64,000 nucleotides of DNA. Source: Takakia lepidozioides. Its lineage: Eukaryota; Plantae; Bryophyta. This document shows positions 1-12,398 of this stretch, one piece after another. Below the pieces are notes generated by a model, which had not been told where the DNA came from, did no database searches, and saw only the letters and a list, made by a program, of their open reading frames with translations. Where the stretch lies: assembly GCA_030704615.1 (NCBI GenBank), contig CM060734.1, positions 34,844,001 to 34,908,000 of the forward strand, given 5' to 3'. Numbering within the stretch: position 1 is the first letter of the stretch; each line of letters starts with the position of its first letter. A program made the translations under genes and the position numbers.

Positions 1-1570
1 AACACGTGCTATGACACAAAAATGTAGTCACCGTAGCCTGCAATCACCCTGAAATTCACTTGGTCTAATTTGAGATAGCGTCCTCATCTTTGTATGGCTC
101 GCCTGGAGAGGGTACCAATCTCCTTTGGCCTGGTCCACCTATATGCCTCAGGCTCCCATTCTCCCGGATTTTAATCACGCAATTGTGCAAGTAGACTTTA
201 GACCCCTTGGGACGCTGCATGCCAGGGGTCGAGGCTATTTCAAGTTGAATTTTCCATCCTGAAACATGATGATTACCTGCAGCAGTTAAAGAGTCTTTGG
301 ACCCTCTTCTGGCTCTGGTTTTCAGTCTCCATCCATCTCCTACTTGCACAAGCTTCAAGCCACTAGGAAGCTGGCTCAATCGCTATCCAGATCTTTTGCC
401 TTGGAAAAATCTCTTCGTCTGAAATCGCTTACTAAGTGCTTAAGGCACTGTCAGCAGCGCATTGAGAATGGGAGAATTAGCCCTGTTAATATAGAGTCCT
501 ACCTCACTACAAAAATGAATTTGGCCCTGCTGTCTCATGAGAAGGAGAAATTTGCTCGCATTAGAGCCGGGGTTAACTGGTCGCTGAAGAACGAGAAAAT
601 GTCAGGTTACTTTTTCCAAAAGGCAAAGCTAAGGCGCGAATCCACTGTTCTTCACTCCATTACTGATTCCAATCGTTGCTCATCTTCCAAACCCAAAGAA
701 ATGGCTACTGCAACAACTCTGCATTTTTTTTAATCTTTTCACCAAGACAGCTGATGCTCTTTCTGCAGCAGGTTCCAGAGCATAAATGCTTGCCTCGTAT
801 GCTTATGTTCCTACTCCAGCGGATCAAACAATCTTATCCTGCCCCTCCTCATCTCTAGAGCTTATGCAGGCTACTGAAGCCCTTAGCTCTCTCAAAACCT
901 AGGGGCTAGATGGGCTGTCAGTTGAATTTTTCATTGCCCTATAGGAGACTGTTGGGGAGGATTTTCTCTGCATGGCCAAAGACATCCTGGCTAAAGGTAT
1001 CATGCCTTCGCAGATGTCACAAGGTGTCATAACCCTCATTTTCAAGAAGGGTGACAAGAAGAACCTCTCTAACTACAGGCCTATTACGCTTTTGAACTCC
1101 ACATACAGAATCATTGCTAAGGCCCTAGCAATCCGACATCAGCTCTTGTTGTCAAAGCTTATCAGACCCGAGCAAACTGGTTTATTGAAAAACATGATGA
1201 TTCTGGATAACATTTTGTTGGCCAATGAAGCTCTTCACCTGGCTCAAACTGCTAACTGACCATGCTAATGTTGCACTTTGAGAAGGCCTTTGATAGTATC
1301 AATTGGAGTTTTCTTTTAGGTGCACTGCAGGCTATTGGAATCACTAGGAATTTCCTAAAGTCACGGATTCATATCCTCCTACCTTTTGCTTCCAGCAGAG
1401 TCATGATCAATGGATCAATTATTTCTAAAGCCTTCCCACTCTTCAAATTGGTGAGACAAGGATGTCCTCTAGCCCCCTTTTTGTTCTCGATAGCAGCTGA
1501 TGGGTTGGGTCACCTTATGGACAAAATGCAAGATTCTTTGGGCCTGACTATACCCAACTCAATTGATGAC
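1..1570 (+). mobile_element. Degenerate L1-type LINE, ORF2 fragment (end of endonuclease through reverse transcriptase)
   Basis: Fragmented ORFs 344-733, 972-1259 and 1262-1591 carry L1 ORF2 motifs (YFFQKAK, NYRPITLLNSTYRIIAKALA, FEKAFDSINW, VRQGCPLAPFLF) interrupted by stops and frameshifts. The element probably continues beyond the left edge. Confidence 0.9.
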
Positions 1571-1582
1571 CCCACAAGTAGC

Positions 1583-2790
1583 ACCGGTTGATGTTATCGA
1601 AAGCTTTTTCAAAATCTAACATGAGGAGGGCCAACGGTTGATTATCAGACCGAGCAAGATGCATCACCTTATTGATCAAGAGGATGTTATCTAGAATCAT
1701 TCTCTTTTTCAAGAAACCTAACTGTTCTGGCCTAATCAACTTGGACAACAAAGGTTGAAGACGCCTCGCTAGAGCCTTGGCTATGATTTTGTAGGTAGAA
1801 TTTAACAAGGTGATCGGCCTGTAGTTAGACAGCAAATCACGGTCCCCTTTTTTGAACACCAGGGTGATGACTCCCTGTGATAACTATGAGGGCATTATCC
1901 CTTTGTCCAAAATATCATTGGCCATTTCAAGAAGTCATCCCCAACCACCCCCCATAGGGCAATGAAAAATTCAACTGGCAAACCATCCAAACCAGGAGTC
2001 TTCATCATACTTAGGGCTTCAACAGCCTCTAAAAGCTCCAAGTCTGAGAAAGGAGCAGACAAATCTGCTCAGCTGAAGAAAGAATTTTGGGAAAGGAATG
2101 AAGAACCTCAGATTCTAAATGTCGAGAGTCCGTTGCACTTGAAGAGAAGAGCTTAACAAAATGCATAGCGGCTGCAGCGGCCATTTCTTTTTGTTTGGAG
2201 ATGAAACAACCATTGGAATCTGTAATGGAATGGAGATGAGTAGCCTCCCTTCTTTGCTTTGCCTTTTGGAAAAAATAACCAGTCATTTTTTCACCCTTCA
2301 ATGACCAGTTCACCCCGGCCCTTATGCGCAGGAATTTTTCTTTTTCAGCATCAACCTCAGCCAAGTTCCTTTTGGCAGTAAGATAGGACTCCATTGTCAC
2401 CGCACCATGACTCCTTTCTTCAATCCTCCTTTGGCAGTGAGCCAAGCATTTAGTGAGAGCTTTATGCCGTTGAGATCTTTCAAGAGCAATAGAGTGAGAG
2501 AGGGATTGCGCCAACCTCCTAGTGGCCTGAAGCTTATGAAGGAAGGATATAGATGGGGACTGGAATCCAGAGCCAACAATGGTCCATTCGCTTTTCAACT
2601 GCTGAAAACATTCCACCCGCTTCAAAATGCCCAGGTTTAGTTTGAAATAGCCTCGGCCTCTAGAATGTCAGCCAAAAGGTCTGAATTCAGCAGACACCAC
2701 TGCATGGTCAAAGTCTGCAAGGATGGGGGTCTGAGCCATACCTCTAGCCCAAGACAGAGGGGAATGAGAACAGTAAACCCGGGCCATTAT
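1583..2790 (-). mobile_element. Degenerate L1-type LINE ORF2 fragment, inverted relative to the adjacent copy
   Basis: Minus ORFs 2029-2625 and 1548-1859 contain GEKMTGYFFQKAK, NYRPITLLNSTYKIIAKALARRL and LDFEKAFDNIN. An endonuclease-like ARVYCSH...DFDH lies near 2700-2785. Confidence 0.9.
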
Positions 2791-4839
2791 TATTATTATG
2801 ATTATTATTTTAAATCGGAGCGGGGTAGAGGCCCTTGAAATTTTATTGATAATGGCAAAAGAAGACGATAGAATAAGAAAACCGGAAACTGGCGATGGGC
2901 TAGATCGCTCCGTGCAACACGGTGAGGGAGAAAAATGACTTAGCTGTTTTGCTGTCCGCCCTCACCGTGAACGGAAGCTGTCCCTCGCCATCGCTAGTTC
3001 TCCTCCCAGCTGACGAACATATGCTACATTCTTCCCTTCTTCTTTTCCTTGGGATGTGTTACGTCCCTTTCATTCTCTTCGAATGGAAAATATTAAGCTC
3101 TATCTATGAATGCTTCCCGTCCTCATTCTTCCAACCTCCTCTCCTTCCCCTGGATGCATTCATCCGAGTGTCGTCTTTCTGGAACCTCAGAGGACAAGGA
3201 GGCAGCTTCCATTCCCTGAGCGCCCTAATACTTGTTTCTTGCTCTTCATGAGCGCCTTCGAGCTCTATTTTCAGTCAATCACTTATAGTGCTCTCCTTGC
3301 TATAAGCTGGCCGGATCCCTTGCTTTTGAGCTGCATCGGACTCTGTGTTGCCACAGTCATTAGTAATGCCAGGTGATTGCAAACTAGAGTGGACAAAAAA
3401 CAGCAGATCATGAGTACATAAAGAGTACATAAAAGGAGGATGTGGCGAATCCTCAACCATCGGATTTGCTTCAACTGACAATCTTGATCGTCTATTATTG
3501 ACTGTTAAAACCAAGATTTTCAAATTGCGATAATATCAATTCACAATTTTTTTTTGGAAATTTGATCATAATCAACTCTGCATTTATGGTGAATGAATGC
3601 GTCTAATGAAAAAAAAATTGTTATTTCAAAAGAATTTAGTCATAAAGGACTTTATGAAAATAGCTATTTTTGAGGCTCAATATAATACTTTTTTTTTAAA
3701 AACTTCATATTTTTGAATGATAGTTTTCATTCCAGATTCCTCATTCTCCAAAGCAAGGTTGAGAGAGTCCCTTTTCTTGACTTTGTTCTAACTCATATAT
3801 TAAAAAAGTCCATAACGTCTTTTTTTATGGACTGTGACAGTTTCTTATGGACTTTTTAAAAGTCCATAGCATCTAGAGATTCTAGTTATTGATAATGAGA
3901 TTTAAAAGCCCAACAGGTGAGGCCGCCATCTACTCCAAGATGTTCTAACGTCCACATACGAGCCCAGTGACGGTCACGAGCAAGGTGCCCTGCTCCGAAA
4001 GAAGCTTGGAGTGGGACTTAACGACATCCATGTCCAGCTACAAAATAGGCTGGTCTTCCCTGGATGATGCAGCTACCTCACTCCACACCTCCATTTGTCT
4101 TCCAGGTGGGGAAGACAAGAATGGAGCAGAGCCAAGCAGTCCAGGGCCACTTTGCCTATAGTAAGACCCACTTTTCCTTCTTTCTCTGTGCTGTCTATTA
4201 GAACGAACACATGGCCCCTAGGAGAGCCACCATTAATCGCATTGATCATTGGCGCCATGACAAAAGAAGAGAAGGTCCACCAAAATTTTAGATGGAGTAA
4301 CACTTCAAGAGAGGAAGGATGGAGAGCTTCATCAGAGAAGGAAGGAGAAAGATGAAGCGGGAGCGGGAAACTTATCTACAACATTAGAAGCCACCGGAGG
4401 GTGAGCACCATCAGTGCTAACTCTGACAATCCAGTGCCAGCAGCAATTCCTTCCAATGTCTCCCAAAGACGCAGAACAGTAGCGAGTAGTAGCGCGGGCA
4501 GGGTGATTGCAGCCTACAATGTCTATTTTTTGCTGTCACAACACTGTTTTTTCCAGACATAGAATAGTGGTAAATTATCATACTCCTACATGACAATGCC
4601 ATCAATAAAAAGGGACTGATATATAGAGGATCATCTACATATATTTTCATCATGTTCAGTTCTGTTGAGTTCACCTCTAAGGCTCTAAGGTTCAATGTGC
4701 GAAAAATCCAGATATCGTGTGCACATCTTTCCTTGGTGCGTTCCTTATGAAAGATTGGAGCACATTTTGGGGCATTCATTGGCACTACGAATGTGTTTCG
4801 GGGATGCGGAGCCAATAGCATTGATTCGCAGGCTATCAA

Positions 4840-7800
4840 TTGGGACCACTTGGGACTCGGGGATTGCCCAAAATAGTTGTGTGGATGCCAGAAAGCCTGT
4901 TATTGAAGCTTCCCTCAAGCTTCCAACTTTAAACAATTCTTTCATAACGGTCTCTGTGATTGAAGAATTCCTAAGCATTTTGTGCAACAGATGTCATAAA
5001 GAATGACATGTTAAGATAGACTGCCCCTTAAACCAGAAGGATAAGCTCCCTATCTTGGGTTTCTCCATCTGTGGCAGCTGATCTTGTTCAGGAGGTGGCA
5101 AAAGAGGGGGAGATCCATCAAGTTCGAGAGGAGGTCTCGCCATCTGAAAGGCCCCCAACCAAAAGGCCTAGAGTGATCTCTACCCCCCTTGCTTTCTCGA
5201 GTTTTAAGTCCAAGAGAGATGATGTGCTCCCCAGTTGCCTTGATTGCACGATCCAGAGCAGAGGCAGTTATCTTTAATCTGGGCGATGATGAACCAGACA
5301 ACCTAGGGGCCTTATGCAACAGACTAAAGTCCTTCAATAGGTTGTTGTTACTTGATGATTTCTCACCATATGGACTTCTGTATGTGGCAGTGCACGTCAC
5401 CCCCGTGGTGTTTGGTTTCCCAGAGGGTACCCCGGCCATTTTGGCTATTGGCGGTGATACCTTCGTTGGATCTTGGTTCTTTCCGGAAGATACTCAATCC
5501 ATGGTTGCTGGAAAGGAAATTGAGACAATCCTTACTAAAATCCATAATATCTTCACGGCCTTTCTCCCCCATCTTACTATCACTTTTGAAACCCATATCT
5601 TCTTTGGAGCTTTCCAGCATCGATCTTCTTTTGGAAACTTCTCTATTCAGCTGCTGCCTACTATCTGCCTCTAAGATCTGAAGTAACAAGAAAGTTCCTT
5701 CTCCTTTCTAACCTGGCTGGCTGGGAAATAGATTCCAGAGAACTTCAGAGACACATGAAATAAGAAGTTCTTGGGGGTGATTTTCGATGCAGGAATGAAG
5801 ATCGCGGAATCCAATACTCCCCAAAAAGAAGCGCGCTTGGAATTTGAGCCCCCCCACGAATGACAAGATATTTACTATGGTGGATCTAGCAATAGCATCC
5901 CCCTCTCCGGTAAGCCCTGTCACCCATTTCTGCTTTCACTGGCTTCACTTTCCTTCTTATGTTGTACCCAGCAGTAGCTGGGCGCTAACTGGATGTGTGG
6001 GCAGTGGCCAATCCAGGAGTTTGCTTGCCTGTGATCAAATGATGGGGCCTTGGCATATTCTTGATCTCGTTGACCTGCCCGTTAAGCCATCTTCAGTGCC
6101 CCTGCGTGGATCTGCTTCTTCAGCCTCTTTCTTCCTAAACCTAGATAGGCGTTTCTGCCGTGAAATGGCTGCTCTTTGGAGAAGGTTTCTCTCTCTGCCA
6201 ATCCTCATTGCGAGTTGCATTTTCAGTTACTACCAGCCATCAAATCTTGGAATGATTCCCAGGGGCTGTTTGCTCTTCCCCACATGATCAGCTAGTCTTT
6301 GTATTCAATGGAACATTTGCGGTATTGTTTCTAATACCTCAATGCCCAAGAGAAGGCGAGTCAAGCTCTGGGCTTCCTCTCTGATGTCTTCATCAGCTAT
6401 TATTTTTCTCCAAGAAAAGGGGGCATAGCCGCAAGGTGAAGTGGCTCTTAGTTACGCCAGTTTCGGCTGGAGTCTTCTCTCTCTCTCTCTTCTCCAAGAA
6501 ATGAAATTGGATGATTGCAAAATCAGATCCATTGATAACTCCTTTTGGCCGGAGCACGTAGCCTAGTGGAATCCTTCTCGTGGTGGTACTGCGGTTCTAG
6601 CTTCTCTTGCTAGACTTGATTCTTCAATTCATGAGGTCCAAACTTGGGTTCCAAGGACGTGTTCAATGTGTTATCACTGAACTGTCATCCCCTTTTGGTC
6701 ATGCAGCCTTCATCAATGTGTACGCCCCTAATTCGTCCCTGGAACGGGCTGCACTTTGGGATTATATCAGAGACAAGATTTTAGGTTTAAAACTGGGTCA
6801 TATAGAATCTGGAATGTGGCTCAACAGCCCAACAGATTTGTTCCAATTAATTTTCAGCCCCGAGGCTCCACAGAAGGTCGAGAGTGAGTTGAGAGTCGAA
6901 TCCAGAAGCGACCGGTATTAATGGGAACTTCATGTCAGCCTCTAGCAGAGTCTTGATTAATGGTGTGATCTCTAAAGCCTTTCCCCTATCCAAATCTGTT
7001 AGAAAGGGATGCCCACTGGCTCCCTTTCTATTTCTGATAGCTGCGGATGGTCTAGGCCACTTGATGGATAAGAGACAAGATTCGTTGGGCTTGGTTATTC
7101 CCAACTCTCTTGATATCTCCCCTGCTTCCTCCATAAAATCTTCTCTTTATGCCGATGATACCTCATTGTTTATCAACAACTCTTCTCTTTCCAATGTCAA
7201 TGTTGCTCTCAGTTCGTTGAAATCCTTCTGTGCAGCCTCTGGTCTTAAAATTAATTGGGGAAAGTCGGTCGGCTTGTTGAGTCAGCTGTCAGACCCCGCT
7301 GCAGCTTCTCACATTGCCCCGTGGGGAATTGAGCTGGGCTTGCGATGGCTCTTGGATGGACAATCGCATGAGCAGCAAGGTCAGTTGGTTGGCACTGATT
7401 TGAATGATGAAATCAGATTTGCTGCTGTCCTCTCCAAGCTGAAAAAGAAGCTCTCTTATTGGTGTTCCCTACATCTTTTTGTCGTTGGAAGAGCTTTGAT
7501 TGTTAATCAAGTCCTTCTGGCCTCCTTGTGGTTCCTAGCCTTGGTGTGGTCGCCTGGAGGCTTTGGTCAGCTGGGAGCTGCTTTGTCAGAGTACGAAGAA
7601 TGGGGGGGGTGCTTGATCCTCAATCGTAGATTACTGCACTGCTTGCTAAGTGGGTTCCCCGTTCGCTGACCCACCTATCTAGCCCTTGGAGCAGGCTGGT
7701 TAGGCAACATCTTTTGGCAGCGACACCAAGTACTAGTGACAAGTGGTCTCTCTCGTTAAGATGGATTGTGCAAGGTGGCAAGCTCAATGCAAATCCATGA

Positions 7801-9957
7801 TTGGGATCCCGAGCCTGGCAATCAATTTGGATGGCGTGGTGTAAGATGCGTCCATTCCTGGTTCAACTAAGCCCTTCTTCCTTCAGTGAGGTGTTGAGGC
7901 AACCCCTCTTTGGGAACTACAACCGGGATTCTGAATTGCTCATTACTTGTATTAAGCGATGGGCAGAGTGGGAAGCTGCTGGTTTGGCTCATGTCCTGCA
8001 TTATTGAGAGGCCACCTCAGATTCCTTGATAATGGCAGAATCTGTTGCTCAATAGCTCTCTGTTAGGAGGGTTAACCTTGGGTAAAAATTGGTGATAGAG
8101 GATCTCCCTGCCCGTTGGACTAGCCTGTTGAGTGAGCCACACTTAAAAGTGCCTGGCTGGTTAGGGTATTTCCATGATAAGCAGGCCAGAGCTTTGTATG
8201 TTGTTTCAAAAGACAGTGATATATTGTACGGCACTGGTTTCCTCGTCAGCAAAGAGGGTACCCTTTATTCCCCGGTGTCTGTGAGTATTCCTTCCTCCGT
8301 GGAATGCTTCGACATTAGGGTATTCTGTTTGCTCACTGGTAACCCAAATCCAATCCCTCCTATGCAGTTGAACCAGTATATAGATTCCTTCTGCTGGTTT
8401 TTATCTGCCCCCTTGAAGCTGCTACAGTTTGACCCTGGCGAGTGGGTGTGGATGAATAAAAAACATGACCCATTTTTCAATTACTCGGTCACGATGGGGT
8501 ATAAGTTGCTAGTGCCTAAGAGAGGTTTTGATTGAAAATGGTCTAAAAAAATTGCAGCATTTACCGGGTCACCCAGTTTCTTGGAAGGCGGTTTAGGCTG
8601 ATGTCTGGAAGATATCTGAAGGATTGGCTGAAAATATTTCTGTAAATTGAAAATCGAGGTCTATAAAACTGAAAACGGAAGTTTGTAAAACTAAAATCAA
8701 CGATAGTTAAAAGTTTAACTAAGATGTCTGAAGGATTGGCTGAAAATTTGTTGTAAACTGAAAACTGAGGTATGTACAACTGAAAACTGAAGTCTAATAA
8801 AGTTGAAAACTGAGATCAATGTTAGTTAAAAAGATAATTGAGATGTCTGAAAAACTGGTTGAAAATCTTGTTGTAAATTGAAAACTGAAGCCTGTAAAAC
8901 TGAAATAAATGGTAGTTAAAAAATAAACTGAGATGTCCAAAGTGATGGCTTTTCTATGGAAGGTTGTAAATAGAATCTTGTCAGTGGCAACGGTGTTCTT
9001 AGACACTCTGTCTCACTGTCTCTCGTGCAATCTGAATGTAGCGGAAGATTTAGAACATTGCCTGGCTCTCTGCCCATTTGCCCGAGCAGTATGGGACAAG
9101 GCCCTCATCTTGTACTCATACTGGTCTTCTGATTTAGACTCCTCTCCATCTATTTTGCTGCTAAATAATAAGAATGGTTCTATTCACTGCTCTTGTCCAG
9201 TATGGGAATCTCTGAGAGGGATAATCTTTTGGCACATATGGAAAACGATATGCGCAGTGTTGTTTCAAAAGGTGAGACCTTGCTTGCAGAAAATGTTGTT
9301 TCTGACTCATTCAGACTTAAGGTTTGAAGCTCGCAAAGCGTGGTCGGTGCTTGTGTCAGCTCTTTCCAGGTGTACCAGCTCTAGGCGAGACAAGCTGCTT
9401 GCCTCATTCGACAATTCATGGGGAAAGGGCCTTGTTTTCTGTAGAAGAATTTCAGATTCAAGGATTGTGTGGGAAGACTCCATCCCTGCATGTTGGCAGC
9501 TCAACCAGTACCAAACAAACTCCTCTGGAGGCGGATGATGTTGAAGTAAACTAGAGGCACAAGCGTAGTGGGTCTAGGAAAGGGAAATCTAAGACCCAAC
9601 TCTCTTTTGATGCTCCCAAGAAAAAAAGGAGTCCATACGCTGTTTTTATGATCTGTTTCTTTTCCCTTTTCTTAGGTTGTGATTGCAGGGTGGCCTTGCA
9701 TGTTTCAAACTTCTTTTCAAATGGTTGGAAGCGCACAACTCTATCTCTTTCTCCTTACTCAGTTCCCCATAAGCTTGGTTATGAAACTTTGATGGCTCCT
9801 CAGCTTAGCTTTGTTTTCTTCTTTCTCGATCATTTGGACTTTTAGGCTCGGAGTGGTACCTCAGTAACCTGCCTTATGGCTTCCTGTAAGGTTATTTTTT
9901 CCTTACCCTTTTTTAATAAATTTACAGGGCTACAATCCCCCTGTTCCTAAAAAAAAA
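4840..9957 (+). mobile_element. Degenerate, internally deleted L1 LINE (ORF1 zinc knuckle, endonuclease, RT, zf-RVT, poly-A tail)
   Basis: CCHC knuckle CNRCHKE*HVKIDCP at about 4982-5028; endonuclease start WNICG...IFLQE at about 6309-6416 and FINVYAPN at about 6710; RT motifs VRKGCPLAPFLF and YADD (7148-7159); zf-RVT CLSC...EHCLALC in ORF 8933-9538; AATAAA at 9915, an ACAGGG...CCCTGT hairpin, then an A-tail at 9949-9957. The 5' boundary is uncertain. Confidence 0.85.
8610..8937. repeat. AT-rich tandem repeat (three units of about 90-120 bp) inserted in the L1
   Basis: Units begin AGAT(G/A)TCTGAA at about 8610, 8722 and 8841 and contain repeated AAACTGAAAAC. L1 coding sequence resumes at ...KVMAFLWK after the array. 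Confidence 0.8.
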
Positions 9958-10151
9958 CAATAAATAATAAATAATAATGAAAATAAGGTTAAAAAATTAA
10001 ATTCTATGTTCCCAACAAGTTTCATGGGAACAACCCATGATATAACCACTTGGCCAAGTTGGTCCCTATCGTCGTGGTAGGCAGACCCACAAAACAAGAG
10101 AAGAAGGGGTTGGCGCAGGGGTTGTGGGTGTGCAAGAGAGCGGGGGCAGCG

Positions 10152-11033
10152 ATGGAGAAGATGTTCGGGCCCGCGTATACTGGCGACTCCGGTGTGCCTC
10201 ACTCTGACAAGGAGGGATTTGCCTCCATCTTCTGGGGCTCTGTTGCATTCTCAGCCTACTCTATCGTGTGTCCTTACTACTGGGAACAGTGCAACAACAC
10301 GTTCAAGTGGGCATTTTTCTCTCTCCTCTTGCTTCCCAATGCTGGGCTTTTGGGGAGGTCGGCCGTCACCAGTATGCTTGTGCAGCGCCTCTCAGAGGCA
10401 TTTCCATGAAGAGCAGAATAGGGTTTAGAGGTCCAGCAAACCATTCCGTCTCTAAAACATATCCTCTTGAGTAATTGAGTTGGACTATGGACAGGGGGTG
10501 ATGGATGGTGGGTTTCTAAGTACAAGAGTGTCGGTGTTACAGCTGGCATGATCATGCTATGGTGTGCGAGAATCATCAGCTGAAGCGAGCCATGAAGAAA
10601 GGAAAGCCTTACGAGTTCAAGGTCTGCATGTCTGTCTTTCTCGATTGGCCTTGAGGTTTATAGGCTCATGATGATGAGTATCTTTGTCTTGAATCACTCT
10701 TCATGTACTCAAGGCAATATGCTTGCGGGGTGAGGTTTTGATTCTTTTGCAGACTGGTCAGAATTCTTTCGAGATTTTTTCTCCACAGTGAGGGTCATAT
10801 TAAGTGTCACTCACTTGAAGAAGTGCATGTAGCTGATGCACCTAAAAGGCTCAGTGATGTGACCCATTAGATTGTTATGTTCATGTTGGTCTAAGTAGGT
10901 TGAACACGCCCTCAGCTGGCTACTTGTGACCGGGATGGATGGATACTGGTTGGGTCTTATGCAGTGGAACAAATTCATGAACAAGGAGCAACGCGAGGCG
11001 TACTACCATAACTGGCGGGACTATTTTCCCTAG
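10152..11033 (+). CDS. Small conserved plant protein of unknown function (about 100 aa, one hydrophobic segment), 3 exons
   Basis: Exons 10152-10306, 10543-10621 and 10965-11033 with phase-consistent GT-AG sites give MEKMFGPAYTGDSGVPHSDKEGFASIFWGSVAFSAYSIVCPYYWEQCNNTFNWHDHAMVCENHQLKRAMKKGKPYEFKWNKFMNKEQREAYYHNWRDYFP*. From memory it resembles a family of small land-plant proteins ending ...YY.NW..YFP. The start codon is uncertain. Confidence 0.75.
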
Positions 11034-11185
11034 ACGGCGCCTTTGGCCAAGGGTATGATTGAAAAAGTGGCAAACTGCTAGTCTGCAGGTTCTGCAAATG
11101 GATATGTGCAAGTAGCTTTGATTGGAATATGGAACCCCCTGTCATATCTGCATGGCATAGCAGCTGTCAAGCCACTATGATGCAT

Positions 11186-11312
11186 TTTAAGCAAGGCCAT
11201 CCACACCACAGCATTTGGTTTTGTGGGCATTTTGTTAATCAAGTCGTCCACCTCATACAATTGCCCTACACGGCCAAAAAGGTCAACCATGCAGCCAAAA
11301 GTACTATGCTGT
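11186..11312 (-). pseudogene. PLS-PPR gene remnant (S2-E1 motifs)
   Basis: Translates FGCMVDLFGRVGQLYEVDDLINKMPTKPNAVVWMALL, matching the S2/E1 segment of the PPR genes in this window. No other PPR motifs flank it. Confidence 0.8.
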
Positions 11313-12046
11313 TGGAGTGACATGAGAGAGAGGTGAGAGATGATGTGAACCGGAGGTAGCCTAAATAAGAGCCTCCTCGCGGGTACTCTTCCCTTTTGGG
11401 GGCAGTGGGCTCTATCATGCTGACTAGTTGACCACTTTCAATATTGGGGTTGTTGCGGAAAGGATCTGATAGCAGTAAAATGTAGGGCAAGACATTGTGG
11501 TGGAGGTGAGGGAAGTTTGAGGTTTTGCTTAGTATTACTATATGGCTACATTAGGAATACCACTCAATGGGGCAAGCCATCAATGTTAACTTAGGGCCAG
11601 TACAAGTGGTTCATGTTTTTTTTAATTTGTTAAGGATTTTTTGGTCTGGATAATGGTCATGACAAATGTAAATCCAAATTACCAAATTTATACGGAAAGT
11701 GAGGTAGGGCATGGGCTGCCTAGAGGTATTGTTGAGGAAATAGGAAGACCTTAGATAAAAAGTATATTATGACAGACTTATAGTGACATTGGTGGGCGAG
11801 TGAAACTATGATCTTGACCCAGGGCATCAAAGCGGTCTTTTTTATCCACTAAATCAACATGGTTGCGTGCAGAAAAAACACATAAATGTGACTAAAACCC
11901 CCAAGGACTCTGGGGTCCCATGTATCCACATTGATTGACCCAACTACCCACTTTTAATAGTTGGGTTGGCCATAATGAGTGATATCCAACATACACATAT
12001 GTGCCTACAAACCCATGACCACTTGTGAGGCGGTTTTGTGCCCTAA

Positions 12047-12398
12047 GAGCATCCCAACCTACGCTGAACCCAGCACGCCAACGGAACTTTTAGGGTATGT
12101 GGGCGGAAAATGTCCACACCTTTGCTCTGAACCCTATATCCCACAAAAATCGGGCACTGAATATCGCTCCGTGCCCTGAACCCGAGCGCGGCCCCTGAAT
12201 CCAAGTCAACGTGACCATGCCCACATCACGCTTGCGTGGTCGCTCCTTCCTGCCAATGGGAGGCGAGGTGCGGGGGGGTTAGCGTGGGCAATTCAGGGGC
12301 AAGGGTGTGCGCGAGTCGGGGCTGCCTCGCCACAGAATCCATTAGGCCCTGAATCGATCACGTAATTGACTCTTTCGGGCTCAAGGGTGGGGATGCTC
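12047..12398. mobile_element. PIF/Harbinger (Tourist-like) MITE, copy 1
   Basis: TIRs GAGCATCCCAACCT / GGGTGGGGATGCTC with a TAA duplication at 12044-12046 and 12399-12401. Homologous to 28958-29431. Confidence 0.85.

Noticed and set aside
2847-3281. Possible solo LTR (TGAT...ATCA with TTTAT/CTTAT flanks)
   Set aside because: Only 4-bp termini and an imperfect TSD, with no second copy in the window.
5050-6287. Overlapping 100-160 aa ORFs on both strands
   Set aside because: They lie between the L1 ORF1 knuckle and ORF2 and have no identifiable motifs, so they were treated as decayed L1 sequence.
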